Below, piece by piece: positions 40,611 to 49,610 of a stretch of 64,000 nucleotides of DNA. Position 1 is the stretch's first letter. The number at the start of each line of letters is the position of its first letter. The translations under genes and the position numbers were made by a program. The notes under the pieces were generated by a model, which was given only the letters and a program-made list of their open reading frames with translations, did no database searches and had not been told where the DNA came from. The DNA comes from an uncultured Elusimicrobia bacterium (GTDB taxonomy: Bacteria; Elusimicrobiota; Elusimicrobia; 2-01-FULL-59-12). The DNA lies in NCBI GenBank assembly GCA_963702895.1, contig OY969767.1, positions 2,592,001-2,656,000 of the forward strand, written 5' to 3'.

Positions 40611-41995
40611 GAGCTTTAGTCAAATGTGATGGAAATCGATCGGCGCCCCTTTGGTCGAAAGTCTCTTAGGCCGCTACCTCCAGCTTCTCTCGTTCGACGA
40701 ATAATCCCATCACCAATTCCGGCTTCTCAATCGGCTTCCAGAATTGCGCCAGGCGTTCAATGATTTTGTAGACGAACGCTACTCCCGTGCGAGATTTCTG
40801 AAACCGCCGCACAACGCGAGTTCGCAATCGGACCCCCGCGAAGACCGACTCGATCGGATTGCTCGTCTTTAAATGCACCCAGTGCTCCTTCGGAAAGTCG
40901 AAGTAGCGCAGCAAGGCGTCATGGTCCTTCCGGATACAAGCCGCCGCCTTCGGGTAGCGAATCTCCAGGTCCTCGGCTAACAAGGCCAGGTGATTCTCCG
41001 CGTCTTCTCGACGCTCCGCCTGATACGCTACGCGCAGACGGTTGAGCACCTCCTCTTGCTTGGCCTTCGGCACTTTATCCACGACGTTGCGCATCTTGTG
41101 CTTCCAGCACCGTTGATCTTTGGCGGTCGGATAGACCTCCGCCACCGCCTCCCAGAGCCCACCCATCCCATCGCCGATAACCAAGAGCGGAGCGGGCATT
41201 CCACGCTCCGCCACCCCTCGCCAGATTTCCTTCCAGGAATCCCGGCTCTCCCGGTAGCCTTCCATCAGAGCAATCAGCTCTTTCTTCCCATCGGCATTCA
41301 CGCCAACCAACACTAAAAGCGCCGTATTCTCTTTCTCCAGCCCGGCCTTCAAGTACACGCCGTCCGCCCAGACATAGGCGTAACGCGTTTCGGATAAGTC
41401 CCGGCGGCTGAAGGTGGCCAGGTCCGATTGAAACTTCGCCGATAAACGCAGGATCGTGCTGGCTGATAAGGTGGCTCCATCCCCGATCAGTGCTCGCATC
41501 GCCGGCTCAAAGTCCCGGCTCGAGAGCCCCTCCAGGTACAGCCGCCGGAATAACTCCTCGACACCCTCGGTTCGCCGCTGGTACGGACGCAAGATGCTCG
41601 ACTCAAACTCGCCCCCGTCGACTTGCGGCACCGAGAGCTTTAAACCTGCTCCCAAAACTGTCACCTTCCGCTCCCGGGTTCCGTTGCGATAGCCTTTCTC
41701 CAGGCTCTTCGCCCGCTCATAGCGCCGCCGCTCCAGATACATCGTCACTTCTTCCTCCAGGGCTTCCACCAGCATTTTGCGCGCTCCCTCTCGGGCCAGA
41801 TAATCCAGCATGCTCTCTTTGTGTTCGCAGCCTTTCACGTTTACAATGGTCTTCATAACGGCGTCTCCTTTTCGTTTATTGTCCGCTTGAACGGACAGGT
41901 TTGTTTGGTTCAACGAAAGGGTACGCCGTTATCTATTCCTAAGGCAAATCCTTCCTTGCCTCAGAACCTATTTCCAGCACTTTTGATGGTAACTC
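40611..41995 (-). mobile_element. IS256-family insertion sequence
   Basis: Imperfect terminal IRs (GAGCTTTAGTCAAATGTGATGGAAAT / GAGTTACCATCAAAAGTGCTGGAAAT) and a perfect 9-bp DR CCCTGCTGG at 40602-40610 and 41996-42004. Confidence 0.93.
40666..41856 (-). CDS. IS256-family (Mutator) DDE transposase
   Basis: GYRNG, YLEGLSSRD, WADG, IGDG, QRCWKH, TSNPIES. AAGGAG RBS. Confidence 0.96.
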   Translation of the reverse strand: MKTIVNVKGCEHKESMLDYLAREGARKMLVEALEEEVTMYLERRRYERAKSLEKGYRNGTRERKVTVLGAGLKLSVPQVDGGEFESSILRPYQRRTEGVEELFRRLYLEGLSSRDFEPAMRALIGDGATLSASTILRLSAKFQSDLATFSRRDLSETRYAYVWADGVYLKAGLEKENTALLVLVGVNADGKKELIALMEGYRESRDSWKEIWRGVAERGMPAPLLVIGDGMGGLWEAVAEVYPTAKDQRCWKHKMRNVVDKVPKAKQEEVLNRLRVAYQAERREDAENHLALLAEDLEIRYPKAAACIRKDHDALLRYFDFPKEHWVHLKTSNPIESVFAGVRLRTRVVRRFQKSRTGVAFVYKIIERLAQFWKPIEKPELVMGLFVEREKLEVAA

Positions 41996-42016
41996 CCCTG
42001 CTGGCGCGTCGACCCG

Positions 42017-42025
42017 TGTTATAAT
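42017..42025 (+). promoter_or_regulatory. Extended -10 promoter upstream of the tRNA locus
   Basis: TG-T-TATAAT. Confidence 0.5.
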
Positions 42026-42089
42026 GACACCCTTCTTCGCTCACGAAGAAACCGCTGAGCTTAAAGCGGAGAATGAAGACGCAGCGCGT

Positions 42090-42136
42090 GCCCTCGTCGT
42101 CTCGCGGTTAGGACGCCGCCCTCTCAAGGCAGAGAT
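42090..42136 (+). pseudogene. tRNA-Glu 5' fragment, copy 1 (no T arm)
   Basis: GCCCTCGTCGTCTCGCGGTTAGGACGCCGCCCTCTCAAGGCAGAGAT, nearly identical to the 5' part of the intact tRNA. Confidence 0.8.
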
Positions 42137-42173
42137 TGGGGCTTGGAGTAGTAAGATTTTGTTGGTCATTTGT

Positions 42174-42268
42174 GCCCTCATCGTCTAGCGCCCGCCACTA
42201 CATCGGAGCGGGCGTCCGCCGAGGCTTAGTGGCGGACGGTTTAGGACGCTGCCCTCTCAAGGCAGAGA
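42174..42268 (+). pseudogene. tRNA-Glu 5' fragment, copy 2, with a 48-nt D-loop insertion
   Basis: GCCCTCATCGTCTAGCG [42191-42238] GTTTAGGACGCTGCCCTCTCAAGGCAGAGA. Confidence 0.8.
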
Positions 42269-42285
42269 ATGAGGATGCTGCGCGT

Positions 42286-42359
42286 GCCCTCATCGTCTAG
42301 CGGTTCAGGACGCTGCCCTCTCAAGGCAGAGATCACGGGTTCGAATCCCGTTGGGGGCA
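42286..42359 (+). tRNA. tRNA-Glu (anticodon CTC), CCA not encoded
   Basis: Acceptor GCCCTCA/TGGGGGC, anticodon arm CTGCC-CTCTCAA-GGCAG, T arm ACGGG-TTCGAAT-CCCGT. Confidence 0.95.
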
Positions 42360-42487
42360 CGCGCAGCACACCTCTTGAACGGGTTCGTCCGCCACACGTC
42401 CGGCGGGCGAGCGCCTGTCGTGTGGCGCTCTCCGCCACTCCATCTTCGGCGCGCCCGCCAGGGGCTTCAAGGATCAAGAGACGTGCT

Positions 42488-43177
42488 TTAGCTCATCGAC
42501 CGCTTGTCGCCAGTTCGGAAAAAGGGAAGCCGCGCCCCTCGGACCCGTCGCGGCCTGGAGGCCCCGCCAGGGTTAACGGATCCTGGTTCTGTGTTCCGAA
42601 GAATCAAGGCCCCAGCCCCTACGGTGGTTTCTGCGCCCAAGGTGAGGCCATTCCCGATAGCTGAATTGATCCCCAGAAAACAGTACGGCCCAACCTCGAC
42701 TCGTCCAGCGATGACAACATGCGAACTCACAAACGTGTGGTCCCCAATCACCGTGTGATGGCCTATATGATTTCCACTCCAAAGGGTCACATCGTTCCCG
42801 ATGCAAACGTACGGCTGGATGGTGTTATGTTCCAGGACCAGGCAATTGTCCCCCAAAGTGGCCGTATCGCTGACCACGGCGTCGGGACTCACAAAATTGG
42901 CTAAGAGGTACCCTTTCGCTTTGGCCGCGGCATACTTGGTGGCGCGGAGCATGTTTCGTTGGGTGTAGGACAACGCCACAAACATCGCATGCGAGGCTGG
43001 AGGAAATCGACTCTCCACATCCTCAAAGGCTACGACGGGGCAATCATGCCACACAGAACGGTCGAGATACGGCCGATCAACCGTAAAGGCGACAACTTTA
43101 TATGGCGAGGCGCGGCTGAAATAGTAATGGGCCAACTCCGCAATATCAGAGGCGCCAAAGATCACGAGATTCTTCAT
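42488..43177 (-). CDS. Sugar acyltransferase (NeuD/PglD-like, hexapeptide repeats)
   Basis: LVIFGAS N-terminal domain, NHIGHH, left-handed beta-helix repeats. Confidence 0.88.
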   Translation of the reverse strand: MKNLVIFGASDIAELAHYYFSRASPYKVVAFTVDRPYLDRSVWHDCPVVAFEDVESRFPPASHAMFVALSYTQRNMLRATKYAAAKAKGYLLANFVSPDAVVSDTATLGDNCLVLEHNTIQPYVCIGNDVTLWSGNHIGHHTVIGDHTFVSSHVVIAGRVEVGPYCFLGINSAIGNGLTLGAETTVGAGALILRNTEPGSVNPGGASRPRRVRGARLPFFRTGDKRSMS

Positions 43178-43842
43178 GGTATGTCCTTTCGTATCAGTAG
43201 CGTCATCTCATAAAGCCCGTAATCCTGGAGGAGGGCAACGTGTCGGCTGTAGCGCGCAGCCTGGTCCAGGAGCCATGCGGGATCGGCGTAAAAGAGATCC
43301 TTCCTCCGCCGCGCTGGATCGGAACAACGAGAAAGCACGTTAAGGGCAACCCCTTTCCGCCCGATACGGTTCATCTCAGAGAGCACGTGAAGAACGTAAC
43401 GACGCCAGAAGTCGATACGGAAATCCATCTTGACGTTCAGGATGCCGCTGGCGAGGCAATACTCGCCAGGCTTGATATTTGCAAGGGATCGGATCCAGCG
43501 GAAATGCGCCTTGGCCGATTGGTTATGCAGGCGTTGGCTTACTCGAATCATCGGTTGGCACAGATCGTAGCCGGTGTATCGCTGAAGGTTGGGAAAGTGT
43601 CGTCTAAGATACGGGTACAGCGCTCCATACCCGCAACCCAGATCAACCACCTGAAAGGAACGCCCGGCTGGAAGAAGCTTGGCCAACTGCTTGAAGCGCA
43701 AGATCTGTGAGGCTTCGCCATTCCAGTCAACTCCCCGTGGTGTCGGACCGTGGGACTGGAGAGTCTTGGCATAATAGGCACCGATGCTTTTGTTGATGGC
43801 AGCATAAGGACGCATGGTCTTAGATGTTGATGGTTTCATCAA
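43174..43842 (-). CDS. Class I SAM methyltransferase
   Basis: G.TPRGVDW, QILRF, DLGCGYG, ASGILN. Confidence 0.85.
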   Translation of the reverse strand: MMKPSTSKTMRPYAAINKSIGAYYAKTLQSHGPTPRGVDWNGEASQILRFKQLAKLLPAGRSFQVVDLGCGYGALYPYLRRHFPNLQRYTGYDLCQPMIRVSQRLHNQSAKAHFRWIRSLANIKPGEYCLASGILNVKMDFRIDFWRRYVLHVLSEMNRIGRKGVALNVLSRCSDPARRRKDLFYADPAWLLDQAARYSRHVALLQDYGLYEMTLLIRKDIP

Positions 43843-44758
43843 TGATGAAAAGAGGGCGGTCCTTGATCTGGTAGAAAATGCGGTTGATATAGACTCCCAG
43901 GATGCCTAGGCTAATGAGAATTAACCCCCCTAGAAGGAGCAGTGTCGCCATGAGGCTTGACCAGCCAATCGGCAAGCCTGGCCGCGAGATTTTATAGTAG
44001 ACAATGCGCCCCAAAAAGGCGAAAGAGGCCACCGCGGAAAGAATCCCGATGTGAATGGACCAGCGGAGAAGCATATCGGATTGAGCGATCAGCCCATCGA
44101 CACCTAAGCGGAACAACTTGCTGAACGAGTAAGAAGACTCCCCATGGGGACGAGGATATCGAGACACAGGGACGCGCGCTGTCCGAAAGCCCAGGCAGCG
44201 GATGAGGATCAGGTAGTGACGGTGCGCTTCTTTATATTGAAGAAATGCTTGAACCGCTTTGCGTGACAAGACTGAGAAACATCCGGTCGACAACCCATCC
44301 TCGCAACCCGTGAGGCATTGAATTAACGAGTGGTAGAACCAGGACATCAGGCGACGCCACCAGGAGGGATCTTCTTTGGTGACCGAGGCGTAGACAATGT
44401 CGTAACCCTCCTCCGCTTTCCGATAAAGCTTTTCGATCTCTTCGGGAGCATCCTGTAGATCGCAGTCCATTACCACGACCCACTGGCCAGACGCCAATCC
44501 GAGGCCCGCCGTGAGGGCGGCATGTTGCCCAAAATTGCGGCTGAGACGCACCCCTTTCACATGGACATCACGCTGCGCCAGCGCATGGACGATCTCCCAG
44601 GAACCGTCCTGGCTGCGGTCATCCACCAGAATGATTTCGTAGGACTTCTGCAGGGAATTCAAACTTCGCGTGAGGCGCTCATGGAGGGGATGAAGGCAAT
44701 CCTTCGCCTGATAAACGGGGATCACGACGGACAATTTGGGATGTTCAGCGTTCATCAT
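43820..44758 (-). CDS. GT2 polyprenyl-phosphate glycosyltransferase (ArnC/GtrB-like)
   Basis: SVVIPVY, VDD.S.DGS, SRNFGQH.A, MDCDLQD, two C-terminal TMs. Confidence 0.92.
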   Translation of the reverse strand: MMNAEHPKLSVVIPVYQAKDCLHPLHERLTRSLNSLQKSYEIILVDDRSQDGSWEIVHALAQRDVHVKGVRLSRNFGQHAALTAGLGLASGQWVVVMDCDLQDAPEEIEKLYRKAEEGYDIVYASVTKEDPSWWRRLMSWFYHSLIQCLTGCEDGLSTGCFSVLSRKAVQAFLQYKEAHRHYLILIRCLGFRTARVPVSRYPRPHGESSYSFSKLFRLGVDGLIAQSDMLLRWSIHIGILSAVASFAFLGRIVYYKISRPGLPIGWSSLMATLLLLGGLILISLGILGVYINRIFYQIKDRPLFIIDETINI

Positions 44759-45882
44759 AAAGCGTTCATGGTTCGAATCACAGCATCCTGCGCGTTGCGG
44801 GTCATGTCGTTGTATAACGGCAGCCGCAGAAGGCGTTCGTGGACACTTTCGGTGACGGGCAATGAACCGGCACGACACCCATACTGTTTTCCCATCTTGG
44901 AAAGGTGCAACGGGTAATAATGGGTGACCGCATTGATCCCACAGCGACTGCACATATCCAGTGCCCTGTTGCGAGCCCGGACGGACTCAAACAATACATA
45001 AAACGAATGATAGTTCGATACACAATCAGCAGGAATCCTTGGCAAACGCAGTCGCCCGCGGCCTTCCTGAGGTTCCAATGCCGCGGCGTACCGCTGATAG
45101 AGCCGCTTCCGCCGCGCGAGGATGTGCTCAAACCGTTCGAGTTGCGCCCACAGGTAGGCAGCTTGAAGTTCTGAAGGCACATAGGAAGATCCAATATCGA
45201 CCCAGGAATATCGCGACACTTCTCCGCGGTTGTAGGCAGAACGGTTCGTTCCCTTTTGACGGATGATTTCTGCACGCTCGATCAATCTTAAGCTGTTGAT
45301 AGCCAGGGCGCCGCCTTCGCCGCAATGCCAGTTTTTAGTTTCGTGAAAGCTAAATGCGCTTTCGAGGCCAAAACTGCCCGCGGCTTTCCCGCAGAACTGT
45401 GAACCCAACGCCTGGGCAGCGTCTTCCACGAGCGCGATCCTTGCCTGACGCGCCACTCGTTGGATGACATCCATTTGACAGGGGACGCCGGCGTAATGAA
45501 CCACCACCACGGCCTTCGTGCGTCGCGTGAGGAGGGGCTCCAACTCTCGTTCATCGATATTGAGTGTATCCGGACGGATGTCGACGAACACCGGCTTGGC
45601 CCCTCGTAGGACGACGGCGTTTGCTGTGGAGGGAAAGGTAAAGGAAGGCAACAGAACCTCATCTCCAGGACCGATGTTCAGGAGCATAAAAGCCAATTCC
45701 AGCGCATGAGTCCCGGAGGAAACCAGAAGTGTTTTTGGACAGTCGAGCCGTTGCGCCAGCCACTGAGCGCAGCGGTTCGTGTAGAACCCGTCACCGGAGA
45801 GGTGCGCCCGGCGGCCGACAGCATCGCTGATATAGCGCAGTTCACGCCCGCTCAAGTGTGGTTTATTAAACGGGACTTTCAC
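44755..45882 (-). CDS. wecE: dTDP-4-amino-4,6-dideoxygalactose transaminase (DegT family)
   Basis: VPFNKP, LSGDG, VEDAAQA, FSFHETKN, GEGG, KGTNR, W.DIGSSY. Confidence 0.88.
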   Translation of the reverse strand: MKVPFNKPHLSGRELRYISDAVGRRAHLSGDGFYTNRCAQWLAQRLDCPKTLLVSSGTHALELAFMLLNIGPGDEVLLPSFTFPSTANAVVLRGAKPVFVDIRPDTLNIDERELEPLLTRRTKAVVVVHYAGVPCQMDVIQRVARQARIALVEDAAQALGSQFCGKAAGSFGLESAFSFHETKNWHCGEGGALAINSLRLIERAEIIRQKGTNRSAYNRGEVSRYSWVDIGSSYVPSELQAAYLWAQLERFEHILARRKRLYQRYAAALEPQEGRGRLRLPRIPADCVSNYHSFYVLFESVRARNRALDMCSRCGINAVTHYYPLHLSKMGKQYGCRAGSLPVTESVHERLLRLPLYNDMTRNAQDAVIRTMNAL

Positions 45883-46781
45883 GGTTTGCCCACGGCCCAG
45901 CCAATGCCATCGCGTCCATACCCATTGCCATTGTAGAGCATGTGCCATCGACCCGCCTGCACGAACACACAGGGGTAAGCCGTCATCTGGGAATCCCATC
46001 CCTGAGGGGAAACGTCCAATTCGGTCACGGGGGAACGAGACCACCTCAGGCCATCATAAGATTCGGCATAGTGAATGCGATAGGCCGAACCCCGGCTGCA
46101 AAACCACATACGATACAGAGACCCCTCCTTGATCACACAAGGGCGGCCAAGGGCATATTCTGCCGGTGATGCAAAATCGATTGCGATGATCCCCGATCGC
46201 TTCCAGACCAAGCCGTCAGAGGACTCTGCGTACTTGATGTGATAGCGGGGAGTCTTGGGATCCACCCACCCAACGAAAGAAACATACCACATTCTCCACA
46301 AACCGTTTTCGATCAAGATGGAAGGAGAAGCTGTCCCATGGGGATCCTGGGATGTCGGATCCAAGAGAGGATCGGGCTTCCAGCGCTCGAATGTATGACC
46401 TCCGTCGCGGCTGATGGCGAGGCCGACCGAAAGCTGAAAGGCCACATGACGAGGAAGGGACCATCCCGTATAATAAAGGTACAGCGAGTCCCTCTGGGGA
46501 ACCAGGCAAGACACGCTGACGCCAGATTCATCGAACCGGCCCGGCTCTCCAAGATCCATGACCGGGCTGCTGGCCCGTCGAAGGACTTTGGCTTCCGGTG
46601 CGAAAACGACCTCCGCCCACGCCACACGGCTCCTGTTTTCGACATCCCTTGACGAGAAATAGATCCGACGGATGCGCTCCTGAGAAGAAATTGGGGCGAG
46701 CGCTGCCAGAACCGCGTGGCTGGCCGACCACGTGTTGCTGGGATCAGGCTTGATCAAGAGACCTTTTTTAATCCACCGCAT
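45879..46781 (-). CDS. Five-bladed beta-propeller glycosidase-like protein
   Basis: Repeated LAIS.DGG..F, YAES.DG..W, MWY/MWF/MLY blades. Confidence 0.75.
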   Translation of the reverse strand: MRWIKKGLLIKPDPSNTWSASHAVLAALAPISSQERIRRIYFSSRDVENRSRVAWAEVVFAPEAKVLRRASSPVMDLGEPGRFDESGVSVSCLVPQRDSLYLYYTGWSLPRHVAFQLSVGLAISRDGGHTFERWKPDPLLDPTSQDPHGTASPSILIENGLWRMWYVSFVGWVDPKTPRYHIKYAESSDGLVWKRSGIIAIDFASPAEYALGRPCVIKEGSLYRMWFCSRGSAYRIHYAESYDGLRWSRSPVTELDVSPQGWDSQMTAYPCVFVQAGRWHMLYNGNGYGRDGIGWAVGKP

Positions 46782-47502
46782 CGCGATCTCCGTGCCGGGT
46801 GGAAAGACTCTTCATGTAGCGACGCGCATTCGGTCCTTCGTGGACGAGAAGATCCAGTATGGATACGTGATGTTCAAATTTCCCGTGCAATTGCTGATAC
46901 GGTTGATACCCATCGTAGTTCATGAACGCGAGTTCAATGCCAGTCTTCTTGAAGAGCGGCTCGTCGAGATAGGCTTGGGCCGAAGGGCCGGAGAGGTAGC
47001 GTGTAGCTCCAACGGCCAGACAAAGATCCACCAATCGCTGTGTTTTCTGACTCGATATACCCTGAAAATCCATAGACCACCGGACCGGAGTCTGGATTCC
47101 CAGGTAGCCGCAAATCGCCCGGATGAAGCAGTGGTTGATCCGACTGAGCGATCGCTCCTGTAAATTCAAATACAAAGGTTTAAAGACAGCTTCGATTTCT
47201 CGAAAATGGGCCGCGCGCGCATAAGAGGCCTGAAGAGCTTTCCAATGCGACGCTGCCCATGAGAGGTCGCTGACCACAACATCACAGATCCGCTGTTGGC
47301 GACGACCTTTGGTATATACAGGAATCGTCAAGTAGTGCAGGCCCTGGTGAGTCTTGATGACATTGCGATTTCGCCAGTCCCGGACGGTATATTGAACGTC
47401 GTCCAGCAAGATAAACTCGTCGGCCAGACGAATGAGGTCGAAATATCCCTTCCAAGGGATATAGCTGGACTGTAAAATGACAGCAGTTTTCATAACCGAC
47501 AT
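46768..47502 (-). CDS. WbqC-family protein
   Basis: ILQSSYIPWKGYF, DDVQY...WRNRN, YLSGPSA, SILDLL. Confidence 0.9.
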   Translation of the reverse strand: MSVMKTAVILQSSYIPWKGYFDLIRLADEFILLDDVQYTVRDWRNRNVIKTHQGLHYLTIPVYTKGRRQQRICDVVVSDLSWAASHWKALQASYARAAHFREIEAVFKPLYLNLQERSLSRINHCFIRAICGYLGIQTPVRWSMDFQGISSQKTQRLVDLCLAVGATRYLSGPSAQAYLDEPLFKKTGIELAFMNYDGYQPYQQLHGKFEHHVSILDLLVHEGPNARRYMKSLSTRHGDRDAVD

Positions 47503-47534
47503 GGCGGCGATGACTTGTTGAGAGGGGATTATAC

Positions 47535-49610
47535 TTGAAAGGTGCCACGAACGAGGCTCCGTCTAACGCGATAAGCCTTACGCCTTTTTTCTTGGTCACA
47601 CTATTCTTGTTGCTGCTGTGGCAAGTGGTGACGACCTCGCTCTACGGTCTCGTATCCCATAGCCCGCCAACGAGCTTGGCCGAGCGCGCACAGGATAAAT
47701 GGCTTCAAATGCTCCTGCTGTGCTCCTCCCTCAGTCTTCCCCTGCTCGTACGATCACTTCATGCCCGTGCAGCCAGTCTGATGAATCAGCCGTGGTGGGA
47801 ATGGGGATGTGCGCTGGCCCTTGTGATCACAGCAGCCCTGCTTTTTGGCCCATGGCTTCCCGTTTTTGGGATGGCCATCGGTGTCTTGATGGTGAGATCC
47901 GCGCCCCAGGAACGGATTCGGTCCCCGCGGAGAAATCTTGTTCAGGCCTTCCTATGGATCGTCACCGCGGTCGCGATTCTTTGGTTTGCCCAGCAAAGAA
48001 ATTTCATGCCGCGAATCGATCTCTATGAGGATGGTCCTCGTTTAGGGTTGGCTCAAGCGTTCCTTCTGCATCAACAGCCGTCCCGAGACTTCGCCCTTCA
48101 TTACGGTATCCTCCAAGAGGTTGTCAAGCCTCTTCTCGCGTTTCGGATATGGGAAACGACTTATGAAGCTTACCTGAGGATGAACTCCTGGCTTTCGGCT
48201 CTGTCCACTCTTGGGCTTTTCGCCATCGCGTCTGTGCTGATGCGATCTCGTCTGCTGTTGGTTCTCCTGGGCATGGGGATATGCTGGAGAGGCAATCTCG
48301 TGATCCCCGACCGAGTGTGGCCGGTCGTGTGGGTGATCTTCTGTGCAGCCTATGGGTGGATCCATGGTCAGCGCCGGTGGTTCGTCGCTGCCGGTGTCGG
48401 ACAGGCCTTAGCACTGCTCTACAGTTTGGAAATTGGGATGACGTTGTCGCTAGGTCTCCTCGTGTTCTTGGGGATGACCATCATGGAATCGCGACATCGC
48501 GAAACAAGGCAACAAGAGCTGTCCTGGCTCTGGCCATGGATCTGTGGATTGTTCGCGGTCATGGCCATCTTCTTCTGTTACTTGATCGTAATCGGCGGGT
48601 GGCAGGAGTGGATCGAGGACACCCTTCGAACCATGCTTCAGAGATCAGCATCATGGTCGGAAGGATTGAGTAGCCGACATTTTCGATTTCCCTGGCGGAA
48701 ACCAATCTATCAATTCGATTCGTATGTCTATATTCATCATATTCCGTTGTTAGTCGTCGCCGTACTATCCTATTGCTGGACCTTTCCAAGCGTCGGGCGC
48801 CCCTCCGGCCAGCGGATGGGCGTGGTCGCTTTATCTTGCATCCTCTTCACCAGTTACTTCACCTACATTGGGCGGTCTGACTATACTCATTGGCTCGTGG
48901 CGAGCCCGCTCGTCCTTCCTTTGGCTGCGATTATCATGGACCGGCTGCTCGAGAGGCTTCGGTGTCTCGGGCCGTACTCCCTGCGTGCGCGCACGTCTAC
49001 GGCGGCCTGGTTGGTCGGCCTTGGTTTGCCCTTAATTGTTGTGATCGGAGGCAATCAATCAGCACTTTCATTTTTGGCGAATGGAACGCCTCTTCAAGCG
49101 AGTACATTCACCCATCGACAGACCCTGCCGGTCACCATGCCTGTTCGTTGGGGCCATGTTGACGGGCCCGAAGAAGAACTTCGGGACATCGCACGGATCG
49201 TGAGCCGAATCCGCTCGCTCGTCCCTCCGGATGGCTACCTCTTTGATTTCTCGCGCAAAGGTGTTATTTATTTCTTATGCGAGCGTCGCAATCCCACCCG
49301 CTTCGTATCCGTGGATACACCGCTTATCTATCCTGAGCTGAACGCTGTCTGCCTTCGGGATCTCGAAAAGCGCCGCCCAGAAGTAATCCTGACACAGCAA
49401 CATGGACAGGGCCTGGAGTGCCTGGTCAATCTTGAGCCGTTATGCGGATTCATCCGAGAGCGCTACGTCCTTTTTGAGCAGATAGGACAATGGGGGATCT
49501 GGGTGCCGCAAACATTTCTTCCGGGGCAGCATCCATCAACTCAAAGGCCCCCGAAGCTCTCAGACGCGGGAATTGGGAAGAAAAAACAATATCACCCAGT
49601 CAGCTCTTGA
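47535..49610 (+). CDS. Multi-pass membrane protein, possibly a GT-C glycosyltransferase (start uncertain)
   Basis: Many TMs, DLYEDG loop, P.RDF..HYG, soluble C-terminus (YFL.ERRNPTRF). Confidence 0.65.
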   Translation: MKGATNEAPSNAISLTPFFLVTLFLLLLWQVVTTSLYGLVSHSPPTSLAERAQDKWLQMLLLCSSLSLPLLVRSLHARAASLMNQPWWEWGCALALVITAALLFGPWLPVFGMAIGVLMVRSAPQERIRSPRRNLVQAFLWIVTAVAILWFAQQRNFMPRIDLYEDGPRLGLAQAFLLHQQPSRDFALHYGILQEVVKPLLAFRIWETTYEAYLRMNSWLSALSTLGLFAIASVLMRSRLLLVLLGMGICWRGNLVIPDRVWPVVWVIFCAAYGWIHGQRRWFVAAGVGQALALLYSLEIGMTLSLGLLVFLGMTIMESRHRETRQQELSWLWPWICGLFAVMAIFFCYLIVIGGWQEWIEDTLRTMLQRSASWSEGLSSRHFRFPWRKPIYQFDSYVYIHHIPLLVVAVLSYCWTFPSVGRPSGQRMGVVALSCILFTSYFTYIGRSDYTHWLVASPLVLPLAAIIMDRLLERLRCLGPYSLRARTSTAAWLVGLGLPLIVVIGGNQSALSFLANGTPLQASTFTHRQTLPVTMPVRWGHVDGPEEELRDIARIVSRIRSLVPPDGYLFDFSRKGVIYFLCERRNPTRFVSVDTPLIYPELNAVCLRDLEKRRPEVILTQQHGQGLECLVNLEPLCGFIRERYVLFEQIGQWGIWVPQTFLPGQHPSTQRPPKLSDAGIGKKKQYHPVSS

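Noticed and set aside
42191..42238. Possible true tRNA intron in copy 2
   Set aside because: Copy 2 lacks the T arm and 3' acceptor strand, so splicing alone would not yield a tRNA, and the insert is far too short for a group I intron.
42069..42460. Possible CRISPR array
   Set aside because: The repeats are tRNA fragments with irregular spacing, and no cas genes are present.
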